A DNA stretch of 64,000 nucleotides from an uncultured Pseudomonadota bacterium (GCA_963847705.1 CAWKBC010000029.1:224001-288000), one strand, 5' to 3'. Positions 31,557 through 43,218 are shown, counted from the first letter of the stretch. The notes: generated by a model from the sequence alone, not told the origin. A program made the numbers and translations.

Positions 31557-32467
31557 ATTGTTCTCCCGCTGGTCGCGGCGACGCTCCGGCCGGTCGCAGC
31601 GGCGGCGACCTGGCGTTTTCTCATCGCGAACTCTTTCCGCCAGAGCACGGTCATGAGACCGGCCAGGGCGAGGAACACCAACCCGGCGCCGATCCGCATG
31701 AAGCCGAACACGAACGGTCCGTAGCGGCGGGTGACCGGGTCGTACCGGTAGCAGGAGAGGATCACCTTGTCGAGCGAGGTCCCCACCTTGCCGTCGCTGG
31801 CCTCGACCAGCGCCATCCGGAAGTCGCGGGCGGGATAGTCGACGCCGTAGAGGTACCGCGAGATCACGCCGTCGGGCGTCAGCACGAAGGCGACCGCCTC
31901 ATGGGCGAACTGCTTCGAGGTCGGGTCGTACTTGTAGCGAAACCCGACCGCGTCGGCGAGCGTGCGCGCCGCGGCGCCACCGTCGGCCGAGGAGAGCCAG
32001 AACGGCCAGTCGGCGCGGGTGAGCGGCCTGCTCAGCCCCTGCCCGGCCTGCTCGAGCACGCGGTGCTGATTCTGCTGCAGGAGCTTGGTGTCCTCGCCGG
32101 GATCGATGCTGATGTCGACGGCGGTGTAGTCCTTGCCGAGGGCCAGACCGACGGTCTTGGCCGCCTTGGCCAGACCGTCGAGAACCAGGCCGCACAACAT
32201 CGGGCAGCGGTGGTACCCGAGCGTGACCACCACCGGACGTCCCTGGCCGAGCAGCGCGTCCAGCGACATCGGTGCGCCAGTCACGTCCGTGAAGGTGAGG
32301 CCGCGCGGCACCCGATCGCCGAGGTGCTCGATGACGTCGATGTCCTGCAGCGCGGCCAGCGGCTCGGCGCTCCCCTGCGGGAAGACCACCTGCGGCTCGG
32401 CGTGCGCGACCGCCGTCCCCAGCAGCAGCGTGCCCAGCGCGAGCGAGAGTGTCCCCAGAAGCTTCAC
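31553..32467 (-). CDS. SCO/SenC copper chaperone
   Basis: Signal peptide, CPMLC, FAH and C-terminal TM helix; GTG start overlaps the upstream stop. Confidence 0.9.
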   Translation of the reverse strand: MKLLGTLSLALGTLLLGTAVAHAEPQVVFPQGSAEPLAALQDIDVIEHLGDRVPRGLTFTDVTGAPMSLDALLGQGRPVVVTLGYHRCPMLCGLVLDGLAKAAKTVGLALGKDYTAVDISIDPGEDTKLLQQNQHRVLEQAGQGLSRPLTRADWPFWLSSADGGAAARTLADAVGFRYKYDPTSKQFAHEAVAFVLTPDGVISRYLYGVDYPARDFRMALVEASDGKVGTSLDKVILSCYRYDPVTRRYGPFVFGFMRIGAGLVFLALAGLMTVLWRKEFAMRKRQVAAAATGRSVAATSGRTI

Positions 32468-32868
32468 TTGGGCGCTCCCTCGGGCAGCGCGCCCGACGCC
32501 GCCTCTTCCAGCGCGCGCTCGATCGGAATGTGGACCAGCCCCTTGCTGCGGTCGGTCCAGCCGTAGCCGTTGAGGCGCGCGGCCCGCTCTGCCCGCCAGC
32601 TCGCCAGCCGGTGATCCCCCTCGAAGAGCACCTGATCGACGATGCCGATCTCCGCCTTGCCGAGATCGGGATAGCGCGACACGCCCGTGGTGGCCTGCAC
32701 CTTCGCCGTCTCGTGGTGGAGGATGGCCACAGCCCAGATCGTGCCGAGGGCGAAGACGACCAGTGAGATGACGCCGACCAGGATCACCTTGGTGAAGTCG
32801 ATCTGGTCCTCGGACTGGTGTCCGGGGGGATGGTCGTGTGTGTCGTGGCTGTGGTTGTGGCTGCTCAT
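32464..32868 (-). CDS. Single-TM accessory protein of the ACIII-cox cluster (ActG-like position)
   Basis: His-rich N-terminus, one TM helix and a YGWTD...HIPIERA tail; lies between actF and sco. Confidence 0.75.
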   Translation of the reverse strand: MSSHNHSHDTHDHPPGHQSEDQIDFTKVILVGVISLVVFALGTIWAVAILHHETAKVQATTGVSRYPDLGKAEIGIVDQVLFEGDHRLASWRAERAARLNGYGWTDRSKGLVHIPIERALEEAASGALPEGAPK

Positions 32869-32877
32869 GGTGGGTGG

Positions 32878-34110
32878 CTATGGCTGCCTGTACCGAATCG
32901 ATTCGGCGATGTAGGGATCTCTGACTGGAACCGGGAGCTTGCCGCGCAGGCGCGAGACGCCGTAGGCGATCCCCACCAGGCCGACCCCCAGGAAGGCGGT
33001 GACGTCGGTCCAGCGCAACGCGAACCCTTCGGGGTCGCGGCTCGGCATCACCAGCCAGAAGATGTCGACCAGGTGGATGAAGAGGATCCAGCGCGCCACC
33101 CAGGCCAGCCGGGTCGGGCTGCGCTTGAGCGACCGCGACAACAGCGCGCCGAACGGGATGAAGAAGTGGCCAAAGATGAGGAGGATGCCGACGGGCGCCC
33201 AGCCGCGGTTGAAGCGGGTGATGTAGAACGGCGTCTCGTCGGGGAGCCCGGCGATCCAGATCAGCATCAGCTGCGAGAAGGCGATGTAGGTCCAAAAGCA
33301 GGTGAACGCCAGCATCAGCTTGCCGATGTTGTGCGTGTGCTCGTCGTTCATGTTCCCGCCGAACACGTTCGCCAACCGCCCGCGCTTGGTGATGATCGCC
33401 AGCAGCGAGAGCGCGGCCACCATGCTGCCGCCGAAGTAGTAGACGCCGAACACCGTCGAGAACCAGGTCGGGTTCAGGCTCATCAACCAGTCGAAGGCGC
33501 CGAAGGTCAGCGCCAGGCCGATGAACGGAAGCCCGCCCGCCCCGAGGTTGCGCTGCCTCTGGAGCAGCATGACGTCGCCCGTCGCGTCCTGCTTGAGCGA
33601 CCAGCCGTAGAGCCGCTGCGAGATGAAGATCGCCACGATGAAGTAGATCACCGTCCGGACGATGAACCCTTTGACGTTCAGGTAGGCGGCCTTGCCGGCG
33701 ATCAGCTTGAGCGCCTCACGCCCCAGACTGTCGGGCGGGTCGACCCACACGTAAACGTGCTTCATCACGAAGATGAGCGGGATGAACAGGAACAGGAAGA
33801 TGAAGACCGACGCCGACATCGCCTCGATCGGCCGGCGCAGGACGGTCACCCACCGGGCGTGGGTGGCGTGGAAGATCATCAGCAGGATCACCGAGGTGAA
33901 CGAGATGCCGCCCCAGTAGGTGAACGCCATCAGGTACGAGAACCCGGCGTCCTTCGGGTTCATCGCCATCCCGATGAACGTGAGGATCAAGAACAGGAGG
34001 CCGAGCCCGCCTCCCGCGAAGACCCAGCGGCTGCCGCCCGAAAAGGGCTTCAGCGCCAGCGTCTTGCTGCCGGCCGACGCGTCGGGGGCGTGTGAAATTG
34101 CGGCGCTCAC
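32878..34110 (-). CDS. actF: Alternative complex III membrane subunit F
   Basis: About 10 TM helices; FDWLMSLNPTWFST, WTYIAFSQ and IWIAGLPDE motifs. Confidence 0.9.
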   Translation of the reverse strand: MSAAISHAPDASAGSKTLALKPFSGGSRWVFAGGGLGLLFLILTFIGMAMNPKDAGFSYLMAFTYWGGISFTSVILLMIFHATHARWVTVLRRPIEAMSASVFIFLFLFIPLIFVMKHVYVWVDPPDSLGREALKLIAGKAAYLNVKGFIVRTVIYFIVAIFISQRLYGWSLKQDATGDVMLLQRQRNLGAGGLPFIGLALTFGAFDWLMSLNPTWFSTVFGVYYFGGSMVAALSLLAIITKRGRLANVFGGNMNDEHTHNIGKLMLAFTCFWTYIAFSQLMLIWIAGLPDETPFYITRFNRGWAPVGILLIFGHFFIPFGALLSRSLKRSPTRLAWVARWILFIHLVDIFWLVMPSRDPEGFALRWTDVTAFLGVGLVGIAYGVSRLRGKLPVPVRDPYIAESIRYRQP

Positions 34111-34823
34111 CGTTTCTCCTCTTGATCCTTTTCCCCTTGGGCCGGGGCCGGCGCAGGCGCATCCATGTTCGGGGGCAACGCCTCGAGCTGTTGCCGAATC
34201 TCTGGCGGCAAGGCGCCGACCGGCGTGTTCTGGCTGAGCTGCAGCGCGCGAAGATACGCGACCACCGACCAGCGCTCTTCCACCGAGAGCTCGGCGGCGT
34301 AGGACGCCATCAGCCCGAAGCCCTTGCTGATGACCTCAAAGATGTAGCCGGCCGGCTTGGCCACGAACTTCGGGTCCTGCAGCGACGGCGGCGGACGAAG
34401 CGACATCTGCGTCGCCACGATGCTCTTGCCGTCGGCGAGCGGGCCGTGGCAGGTGGCGCAGGTGATGTCGAACCGCTTGCGGCCGAGCTCGAGGAGCTTG
34501 CGCGAGATGGGGAGCGGCACCGTCGCCACGTAGTTCGGCAGCGGCTCCATGTTGGGCTGCATCGGCCCGTTCGGGTCGCGCCCGGTCGTCAGGCGGGGGT
34601 TCAGCGTGATCCGCTCACGCGGCACCGTCCCCTCGGGGGCGGCGCGCATCGACAGACCGTCGGCGTAAAAGGGGCTCTCCTTGTAGCGGATCGACTTGTG
34701 CTGCGCGTCGGCCATCGGATCGAGGATGTTCTCGTTGCAGGCGACCGCCGTGAGACCGAGCAGGATCGACAGCGCCGGAACGACGAAGAGCTTGGCCGCG
34801 CGGGCCGTCATCGTGGAGCTCAT
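34107..34823 (-). CDS. actE: Alternative complex III monoheme cytochrome c lipoprotein
   Basis: Lipobox VAC and a single CATCH heme motif. Confidence 0.9.
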   Translation of the reverse strand: MSSTMTARAAKLFVVPALSILLGLTAVACNENILDPMADAQHKSIRYKESPFYADGLSMRAAPEGTVPRERITLNPRLTTGRDPNGPMQPNMEPLPNYVATVPLPISRKLLELGRKRFDITCATCHGPLADGKSIVATQMSLRPPPSLQDPKFVAKPAGYIFEVISKGFGLMASYAAELSVEERWSVVAYLRALQLSQNTPVGALPPEIRQQLEALPPNMDAPAPAPAQGEKDQEEKR

Positions 34824-35382
34824 CGCTCGGACTCCGTGACGAGCTCGGCCGACAGCGCGCCCGCGGTCTGCACCTCGGCGAACACCTTCTCGGCTTCACC
34901 CTCCGGGGGCAGCTCGACGGAGAGGAAGTAGGCGTCCACCGCGGCCCGGGCAAAGTCCTCGGACTCGAACACCGGGTGATAGGGCTGCGGCAGCTTCGCC
35001 AGCGTGAAGAAGCCGAAGAACGAGGATCCGCCGGCCAGCAGGATGGCGAGCTCGAAGGTGATCGGGATGTTCGCCGGCGGCCCGTGCAAGGGGCGACCGC
35101 CGACGTTGATCGGAAAATCGATCACGTTGCAGAAGTAGATCATCGCGTAAGCGATGCACGCCCCCGCGATCGCGCCGCAAAGAACGATCGTCGGGATCTT
35201 CGCGCGTCCGAGGCCGAGCGCCTCCTCCAGCCCGTGGATCGGCATCGGGGTGTGCGTGTCGAGCTTCTTGTACCCCGCCTCGCGCACCTTGCGCGTGCCG
35301 ACCAGCAGCGCCTCGGGCGTGGCGAACTCGGCCAGCACGAAGCGGCGCGCGACGAACCCGGAGTCTTCGTGACCGGCTGACA

Positions 35383-35383
<1 letters not shown>
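34820..35383 (-). CDS. actD: Alternative complex III subunit D
   Basis: AEFATPE, HTPMPIHG, VGGRP and PITFE motifs; two TM helices. Confidence 0.9.
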
Positions 35384-36786
<1,403 letters not shown>

Positions 36787-36789
36787 CGA

Positions 36790-39700
36790 CTAGTCCACCT
36801 TCACGAGGTCGGGGTTGGGATTGCGCACGCGCGCGAGATACGCCGTGCGCGGGCGGGTCGCGAGCTCGTGCAGGAGATCGTAGCGACGCGGGTCGGCGTG
36901 AAGCTTGGTCACCTTGGCGCTCGCGTCGTTGAGCGACCCGAAGGTGATCGCCCGTGTGGGGCAGCCCTGCTGGCAGGCCGTCTCCAGCTCACCGTCGGCG
37001 ATGGTGCGCCCTTCGATGCGGGTGGCGATCCGCTTGCGCTCGATCCGCTGCACGCAGTAGGTGCACTTCTCCATCACGCCGCGGGAGCGGACCGTGACGT
37101 CCGGGTTCATCCCCAGCTCGCGCGCCGGGCTGATGTCACCGGTGTAGTCGAGGAAGTTGAAGCGCCGCACTTTGTAGGGGCAGTTGTTGCTGCAGTAGCG
37201 GGTGCCGATGCAGCGGTTGTAGACCATCTCGTTCAACCCCTCGTCGCTGTGGACGGTGGCGTTGACCGGGCAAACGTATTCGCAGGGAGCCGTCTCGCAC
37301 TGCACGCAGGCGAGCGGCTGGTTGATCATCTGGGGGTCGTCGACCGGGCCGCTGAAGTAGCGGTCGATCCGGATCCACTGCATCTCGCGGCCGCGCCAGG
37401 TGTTGTCCTTGCCCACGACGGGGATGTTGTTCTCCGACTGGCAGGCGACCACGCAGGCGTTGCAGCCGGTGCACTTGTTGAGGTCGATCGCCATCGCCCA
37501 CTTGTACGGCTGGCTGCTGTAATCGACCGGCTTGAAGACCTCGGGCAGGGGCCCGCGCCGCTCCTCGAGCTCCGCGTGGAACATCGAGCCGGAGTTCAGC
37601 ACCTCGGCCAAAGGGGCCTCGACGGCGGGCGGCGGAATCTCGCGCCCGTCGGGGGACATGGTCCAGTGGTCCTGGGTGATGGCCAGCCGGTGGTGCCGCC
37701 CCGTGTTGGTCACGGTGGCGCCGCGATCGAACCAGGGGGCGTCGCTGGCCCGCAGCTCGCCGGCGTTGAAGCCGACCGCCAGGCCGACGTGACCGGTGTG
37801 CAGCCGCCCGTAGCCGAGCGGCAGCGTCAGCGCGTCGTCGGCGTGGCCCGGAACGATCAGGGCCGGCGCCTCCAGCTTGCGATCCCGCGAGGTGATCTCC
37901 AGGATGTCGCCCGTCTCGATGGCGAGCCGGTCGGCCGTGGTCTGCGAGAGCATGGCCACATTGTCCCAGGTCAGCTTGGTGATCGGGTGGGCCAGCTCCT
38001 GCAACCAGGCGTTGTTGGCGAAGCGACCGTCGAAGACCTTGGGGTCGGTCGCGAAGCCCAGCTCCAGGACGGATGCTCCGGCTGCCCCACCCTGCCCGGC
38101 GCTCTGAGCCAGCAACGGCGCGGCCGCCTGGGCCAGCGCCTGACCGTTGATCGCCAGCCCCTGCTCGGAGCTGGCACCGGTGTCGGGGACGATGCCGTCG
38201 GACAGCCAGCGCTCCCAGACGCCGTCGAACGATCCGGCCAGATTGCCGGGGAGCTTCGACATGCTGCTCCAGTACTTCCGAAGGAGCGCATGCGTTCCGA
38301 CCTCGCCTTCGCCGATGAACGCGGCGAGCAGCTCGGGCTCGGTCTTCCCGCCCCAGAGCGGCGCGACCAGTGGCTGAACGATCGACACGACGCCGTCGGT
38401 GGCGCGCCCATCGCCCCAGGACTCGAGCGGGTGCGCGGCGGGAACCAGGTAGCTGCAGCTCTGCGCCGTCTCGTCCTCGTAGAGGCTGTGATAGATGACG
38501 TTGGGGACGCGCTTCAGGAGCTGCTCCAGCTTGAAGTCGACCGGCGCGCCGTAAACCGGGTTCTCGGCGGTCACCACCAGCGTGTCGACCGTTCCGCCGG
38601 CGATCTCGTCGACCAGCGCGCGCAGCGGCTCGACGCCCGCAATGGCATCGGTGGTGAGGGGGACGCCGTACTCGACGGTGGCGCCGATGTTCCCCAGCGC
38701 CGAGTTGATGGCCGCGGCCAGCGCGTGCACCACGGCCGGCTGCCGGCGACCGGCGATCACCAGCGAGCGGCCGCGGTTCTTCTCCAGGTCGGCCGCCAGC
38801 GCGACCAGCCACTTCGAGTCCCAGAGCCCCGCGCCGTGTCCCAGCGAGCCCACCGGGCCGAGCGCCGAAAGGCCCCGGCCGGAGAGCATCGCGCAGAGAC
38901 CGGCGGCGAAGGCGGAGACGTCGCCGCCGCGCAGGCGCATGCGGTGATCGGCCATCGCGCCGGTGACCGTCATGGCCGGCTCGACGACGTAGAGGCGGTT
39001 CATGTCGCGCGAGGGCTCGCGGCGGACGGCGTACTCGCGCGCCAGGCGCGTCTGCTCGGGACCGTCGTTGAGGAAGTCGGCGTCGAGCGAGAGAATGACC
39101 GCGGCCGCACCGAGGTGGTGGCGCGGCATGAGCGGGCGGCCGAACGCCAGCTTGGCTCCCTCGATGGCGCCGTCTGCGGCGACCGACGAGTAGCTGACGA
39201 ACTTCGCGCGCGGGAAGCGCTCCAGGATCCGCCGGCGCAGGTCGGCCAGCAGCGGGGAAGCGGTCGGGCCGGTCAGGAACCGGAGCCCGGCGCCGCCATT
39301 GCCGGCCAGCGAGGCGGACCGGGACTTCAAATCGGAGAGAAACGTCGGCCAGGCGATGGGGGTGTTGCCGCGGCGCAGCTGCTTGGCGCGATCGTCGTCG
39401 TAAAGGCCGAGGATCAGCGCCTGCTCGAGGGCGGTGGTCGCCCCCAGGGTCTCGGGGTGCGCCGGGTTCCCCTCGACCTTGGTCGGGTGCCCCTCGTGGC
39501 TCTCGACCAGGAGGCCGCTGGTGTATCCCTCCAGCGCATAGCCGGTCGCGAAGTGGAGCGCATTGCCGGGAGTCAGCTCCTCGGGGCGCCTCACGAAAGG
39601 AATGATCTTCTCGTTCGGCTTGCGGCAGGCTGCCCCGACGGTGGCCACCGCCGTCGACACGCCGAGGAGCTGCATGAACCCGCGGCGCGAGGTCCCTTCC

Positions 39701-39921
39701 AGCTCGGAGGCGCCGCCGGGAAATTCGTTGGCCGCGCCCGGCGTGACCGCGCGCGAGCGCTCTTCGATGGACCGCCAGAGCTTACGAACGGTGGGCGAGG
39801 CAGCGTCCGACGATCCATTCGCCGCACTGCCATGCGCCGGGCTGCCGCTGGAACCGACGACGGGCAGCGAGCGCCGCACGCGATCGTTGGCGCGGGCTTC
39901 GTGGTTGTCGTCGCAGCTCAT
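36790..39921 (-). CDS. actB: Alternative complex III subunit B (molybdopterin-fold plus Fe-S fusion)
   Basis: Tat motif SRRGFM; CTGCNAC, CVQC..APC..VCP, CIGTRYCSNNCPY and EKCTYC clusters. Confidence 0.95.
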   Translation of the reverse strand: MSCDDNHEARANDRVRRSLPVVGSSGSPAHGSAANGSSDAASPTVRKLWRSIEERSRAVTPGAANEFPGGASELEGTSRRGFMQLLGVSTAVATVGAACRKPNEKIIPFVRRPEELTPGNALHFATGYALEGYTSGLLVESHEGHPTKVEGNPAHPETLGATTALEQALILGLYDDDRAKQLRRGNTPIAWPTFLSDLKSRSASLAGNGGAGLRFLTGPTASPLLADLRRRILERFPRAKFVSYSSVAADGAIEGAKLAFGRPLMPRHHLGAAAVILSLDADFLNDGPEQTRLAREYAVRREPSRDMNRLYVVEPAMTVTGAMADHRMRLRGGDVSAFAAGLCAMLSGRGLSALGPVGSLGHGAGLWDSKWLVALAADLEKNRGRSLVIAGRRQPAVVHALAAAINSALGNIGATVEYGVPLTTDAIAGVEPLRALVDEIAGGTVDTLVVTAENPVYGAPVDFKLEQLLKRVPNVIYHSLYEDETAQSCSYLVPAAHPLESWGDGRATDGVVSIVQPLVAPLWGGKTEPELLAAFIGEGEVGTHALLRKYWSSMSKLPGNLAGSFDGVWERWLSDGIVPDTGASSEQGLAINGQALAQAAAPLLAQSAGQGGAAGASVLELGFATDPKVFDGRFANNAWLQELAHPITKLTWDNVAMLSQTTADRLAIETGDILEITSRDRKLEAPALIVPGHADDALTLPLGYGRLHTGHVGLAVGFNAGELRASDAPWFDRGATVTNTGRHHRLAITQDHWTMSPDGREIPPPAVEAPLAEVLNSGSMFHAELEERRGPLPEVFKPVDYSSQPYKWAMAIDLNKCTGCNACVVACQSENNIPVVGKDNTWRGREMQWIRIDRYFSGPVDDPQMINQPLACVQCETAPCEYVCPVNATVHSDEGLNEMVYNRCIGTRYCSNNCPYKVRRFNFLDYTGDISPARELGMNPDVTVRSRGVMEKCTYCVQRIERKRIATRIEGRTIADGELETACQQGCPTRAITFGSLNDASAKVTKLHADPRRYDLLHELATRPRTAYLARVRNPNPDLVKVD

Positions 39922-39946
39922 GAAATGAAACCCCTCGATGGAACGT

Positions 39947-40597
39947 TCATCGGTGACACGTGGTGCAGCTGGTTCGCGTGTGGACGTCGTTCTGCGCCGC
40001 CAACAGCTTCCCGGACTCGGCCGGATCTCCCTCGGGCTTCCACTCCATGTTGGCGACCTCGGAGGGCGGCCGGAGGTTCGCGTCCGGATGGCGGTGGCAA
40101 TCGAGGCAGAACCCCATGGTCAGGGTGGTGTCCTTCTCGACCGCCGCCATCTTGTCGACGCGGCCGTGGCAGCTGATGCAGCCGACGCCCTTGTTCACGT
40201 GGATGGCGTGGTTGAAGTAGACGAACTCGGGCACCTTGTAGACGCGCCGCCACTGGAGCGGCTTGTTCTGGATGAAGCTCTGGCGCACCGGCTCGAGGAG
40301 CGGGCTCTTGTTCCAGACCTGCGAGTGGCAGTTGAGACAGAGCTGCGTCGGCGGGATGCCGGCCGACGGCGACTTGTCGACCGTGTTGTGGCAATAGCGG
40401 CAGTCGATCCCCTCGTCACGCGTGTGGTGACGGTGGTCGAACTGCAGCGGTTGCTCGATGGGATCCTGCATCCCGCGCGCGTAGGGCGTGCGGGCGTACA
40501 GCATCAGAGCTCCCGGTCCCCCCACCGCTCCCGCCGCCACGACAAACAGAGAGATCTGCGCGAGGGTATTGTGCTTCGGTCGAAAGAGAGGACTCAT
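39947..40597 (-). CDS. actA: Alternative complex III pentaheme cytochrome c
   Basis: Five CxxCH motifs and an N-terminal TM helix; GAGG precedes the ATG at 40597. Confidence 0.93.
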   Translation of the reverse strand: MSPLFRPKHNTLAQISLFVVAAGAVGGPGALMLYARTPYARGMQDPIEQPLQFDHRHHTRDEGIDCRYCHNTVDKSPSAGIPPTQLCLNCHSQVWNKSPLLEPVRQSFIQNKPLQWRRVYKVPEFVYFNHAIHVNKGVGCISCHGRVDKMAAVEKDTTLTMGFCLDCHRHPDANLRPPSEVANMEWKPEGDPAESGKLLAAQNDVHTRTSCTTCHR

Positions 40598-40613
40598 CCT
40601 CGTTCCGGCGAGC

Positions 40614-40642
40614 ATTTATGCTGAGCTTGGGGGTCGCGTCAA
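40614..40642 (-). promoter_or_regulatory. Possible sigma70 promoter of the act-cox operon
   Basis: TTGACG-N17-ATAAAT; the -10 match is weak. Confidence 0.3.
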
Positions 40643-40752
40643 GAGAAGTATTCGTCGAAGATCACGAGCGCGATCGCAAGCGCGATCAACGGCCTCCTGG
40701 ATCGCACGCTCGACCCGATGAAGACGCACAACGTTTGCGCGATCTTCGTCGA

Positions 40753-41499
40753 TCAGAAACCGATCTTGCGCATCACGAAGCGGGGCAAAAAGCGGATGAC
40801 CAGCATGATCAGCGTCCAGATTCCTGGTGCGTAGATGACCGGACGGCCTCTGTCCACGCCGCGGAGCACCTGCGCCGCCACCGCGTCGGGCTCCCCCGCG
40901 AACGGCGGCGCCTTCAGCCCCTCCGTCATCCCGGTCCGGACGAAGCCAGGTTTCACGCAGATCGTGCGGAGGCCCTGCCCCCGGAACTTGTGATCGAGGC
41001 CCTCGAGATAGCGCGAGAGGCCCGCCTTGGCGGCACCATAGAGCACGACCGGCTTGCGTCCGCGCTCCCCCGCGACGGAGCTGAACACGCAGAGCGTCCC
41101 GCCGCCGCGCGCCAGGAGGCGCCGGCGCGCCTCTTCGCAGAAGACCACCGTGTTGGCAAAATCGACCGTCAAGAGCCGGCGGGTCAGCGTGGGGTCCGCC
41201 TCCAGCTGCTCCTGCGTCGCGAAGAGGCCCGCGGTGACCACCACGCCATCGAGGCCGCCCAGGGCCGCCTCCGCCGCGTCGAGCGCGGCGCCAAACTGCT
41301 CGGGCCGCTCGAGGTCGCAGGGCGCGCTCCCGATCGTCCCCGCGGCGCGCCCGGCGCGCGCCTCCAGATCGCGCGCGCTCCGTCCGAGCTCGTCAGCGTC
41401 GCGTCCGAGCAGGAACAGCGCGGCGCCCCGCGTCGCCAGCTGGCGCGCCAGCGAGCGCCCCATCCCCTTGGTGGCGCCCAGGATCGCCACCCTCTTCAC
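40753..41499 (-). CDS. Short-chain dehydrogenase/reductase
   Basis: GATKGMG, SS, YGAAK and VKPGFVRT motifs. Confidence 0.92.
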   Translation of the reverse strand: MKRVAILGATKGMGRSLARQLATRGAALFLLGRDADELGRSARDLEARAGRAAGTIGSAPCDLERPEQFGAALDAAEAALGGLDGVVVTAGLFATQEQLEADPTLTRRLLTVDFANTVVFCEEARRRLLARGGGTLCVFSSVAGERGRKPVVLYGAAKAGLSRYLEGLDHKFRGQGLRTICVKPGFVRTGMTEGLKAPPFAGEPDAVAAQVLRGVDRGRPVIYAPGIWTLIMLVIRFLPRFVMRKIGF

Positions 41500-41611
41500 G
41501 GCGCGTCCCCCCGCAACGGTTCGGGACGATCAGCCACAGAGGGTCTCGAGCGGGTCCACGCCCCCGGATCTATATCATCGGGGACGGACGTTTTGGCCCG
41601 GAGCGCCGCGC

Positions 41612-41920
41612 TCAGGTGGACGAGCGGACGGCGGCGAGGTTCCGCCGGCGGAGCTTCTCGACCAAGGTGGTCCGGCCGAGGCCCAGGAGCTTGGCCGCCT
41701 CTTTCTTGTTGCTGTGCGTCTGCTGCAGGGCCGCCTGGATGTAGGCGTCCTCGAGCGCGCGCAACAGCACCGGAAGATCGACAGGCAAGGTCACGGCCGG
41801 CGCGGGCGTGGTCGCGTCTGGTGCCAGATCCGTCGAATCGGCTGGGAGCTGGGCCCAGGCTGCATTCCCTGCCCCGTCACGAGAGGTCATGCGCCCACCA
41901 TCGACCAGTCCCGGCTTCAT
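41612..41920 (-). CDS. Stand-alone Fis-type helix-turn-helix protein (start 41920 or 41890)
   Basis: LEDAYIQAALQQTHSNKKEAAKLLGLGRTTLVEKL, with no AAA+ or REC domain upstream. Confidence 0.75.
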   Translation of the reverse strand: MKPGLVDGGRMTSRDGAGNAAWAQLPADSTDLAPDATTPAPAVTLPVDLPVLLRALEDAYIQAALQQTHSNKKEAAKLLGLGRTTLVEKLRRRNLAAVRSST

Positions 41921-41970
41921 CTTTAGCTGGCCCTTCGAACCGTCGAGAGAAGAAGCAGGGAGAACGTCGG

Positions 41971-43218
41971 ATGTCCGACCGACAGTCACGCTCTGCGCGG
42001 TCGTCGCGCCTGTCTTCGACAGCGCCGCGCCCCGTGGTGCGCGTGCGGATGCTGTCGACCGGCCGCTGGCGGCCGCCGCTCGGGCAGACGCCCTTGACCG
42101 GCCGCCGCGCCCCCCGCCTGATCGCCGTCGGCGCCGCCCTCCCCGGCGTCGGCAAGAGCGTCGTCGCCTCGAACCTGGCCGTGGCGATTGGCGGGCTCGG
42201 CCGGCAGGTGGTGGTCGTCGACCTGGATGTCGGCACACCCCGCCAGCACGCCCTCTTCGGCGTGGCGGCGCCCCAGGCCGCCGAGCGGCAGACCGGCGTG
42301 CGCAACGTCCGACTCTGGCCGGCCGCCACGCTGCTCCAGCGGGCCAGCGACGCCCAGGCCCGCCGTGCCCTCATCGACGGACTGGGAGAGCTGGACGCCG
42401 ACGTCGTCATCGTCGACGTCGCCGACGCCAACCGCGACGATCTGTGGAACTTCTTCGGCGCGGGCGCCGAACGTCTGCTGGTGTCGACCGGCGATCGGGC
42501 GGCGCTGGAAGCGACCTACGCCTTCTTGCACGAGGCCGCCGTTCGCGCCGAACGGCGGCATGGCGCCGGCGCGCGCGAGGTGCTGGCGCGATTCGCCGGC
42601 GGCCTGGTGGGAAACGTGGCGGCCACCGCCGCAGACGCCGAGTCCTTCCACGCCTTCGCCCGCCTCGTGCGCGGGGAGCTGGGGATCCCGCTCACCTCGC
42701 TCGGATGTCTGCGCCAGAGCCAGCGGATCGTGCAATCGATCGCGGCGAAGAAGCCGCTCTGCGCCCGCCGGGGAATCGACGACGAGGTGCGGGCGTTCAA
42801 CCAGATCGCCGAGCTGGTCGTGGCCGAGCACCGCGACCCCGAGGCGGAGTGCGCGCTCGAGGGCGACCCGCCCGCGCTCGAGCCGGCACGGCTCCCCACC
42901 GACCTCGGCCGTTACCAGCGAAGATTCCCCCGCTTCGCGGTCGACTGGGCGGCGACCTTCGAGATCGCCGGCGAGCCGAACGCGGTGCGGGTGCGCGACG
43001 TCTCCGAGAGCGGCGCCGCCGTCGAATCGACGCTGGCCTTGCGGGTCGGCGACGTCGGGATGTTGCACTTCTACCAGCTCGACGATCGTCTGTCGGTCGA
43101 GGTGATGGTCAAGAACGTCGTCCCGTCGCTCAACCGGGTCGGGTTCGGCTTCGTCCGCCCCGGCGCCGCCGCGGCGCGGATCGTGGCGGCCGCGCGCGCG
43201 CGCCTCGCCACGCCTTGA
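41971..43218 (+). CDS. MinD/FlhG(FleN)-like ATPase fused to a C-terminal PilZ domain
   Basis: PGVGKSVVASNLA and VVDLD; C-terminal RRFPR and DVSESG PilZ motifs; GGGAG precedes the ATG. Confidence 0.8.
   Translation: MSDRQSRSARSSRLSSTAPRPVVRVRMLSTGRWRPPLGQTPLTGRRAPRLIAVGAALPGVGKSVVASNLAVAIGGLGRQVVVVDLDVGTPRQHALFGVAAPQAAERQTGVRNVRLWPAATLLQRASDAQARRALIDGLGELDADVVIVDVADANRDDLWNFFGAGAERLLVSTGDRAALEATYAFLHEAAVRAERRHGAGAREVLARFAGGLVGNVAATAADAESFHAFARLVRGELGIPLTSLGCLRQSQRIVQSIAAKKPLCARRGIDDEVRAFNQIAELVVAEHRDPEAECALEGDPPALEPARLPTDLGRYQRRFPRFAVDWAATFEIAGEPNAVRVRDVSESGAAVESTLALRVGDVGMLHFYQLDDRLSVEVMVKNVVPSLNRVGFGFVRPGAAAARIVAAARARLATP

Noticed and set aside
40618-41970. N-terminal 451 aa of the 866-aa ORF
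   Set aside because: Antisense to the SDR and HTH genes; the real protein starts near 41971.
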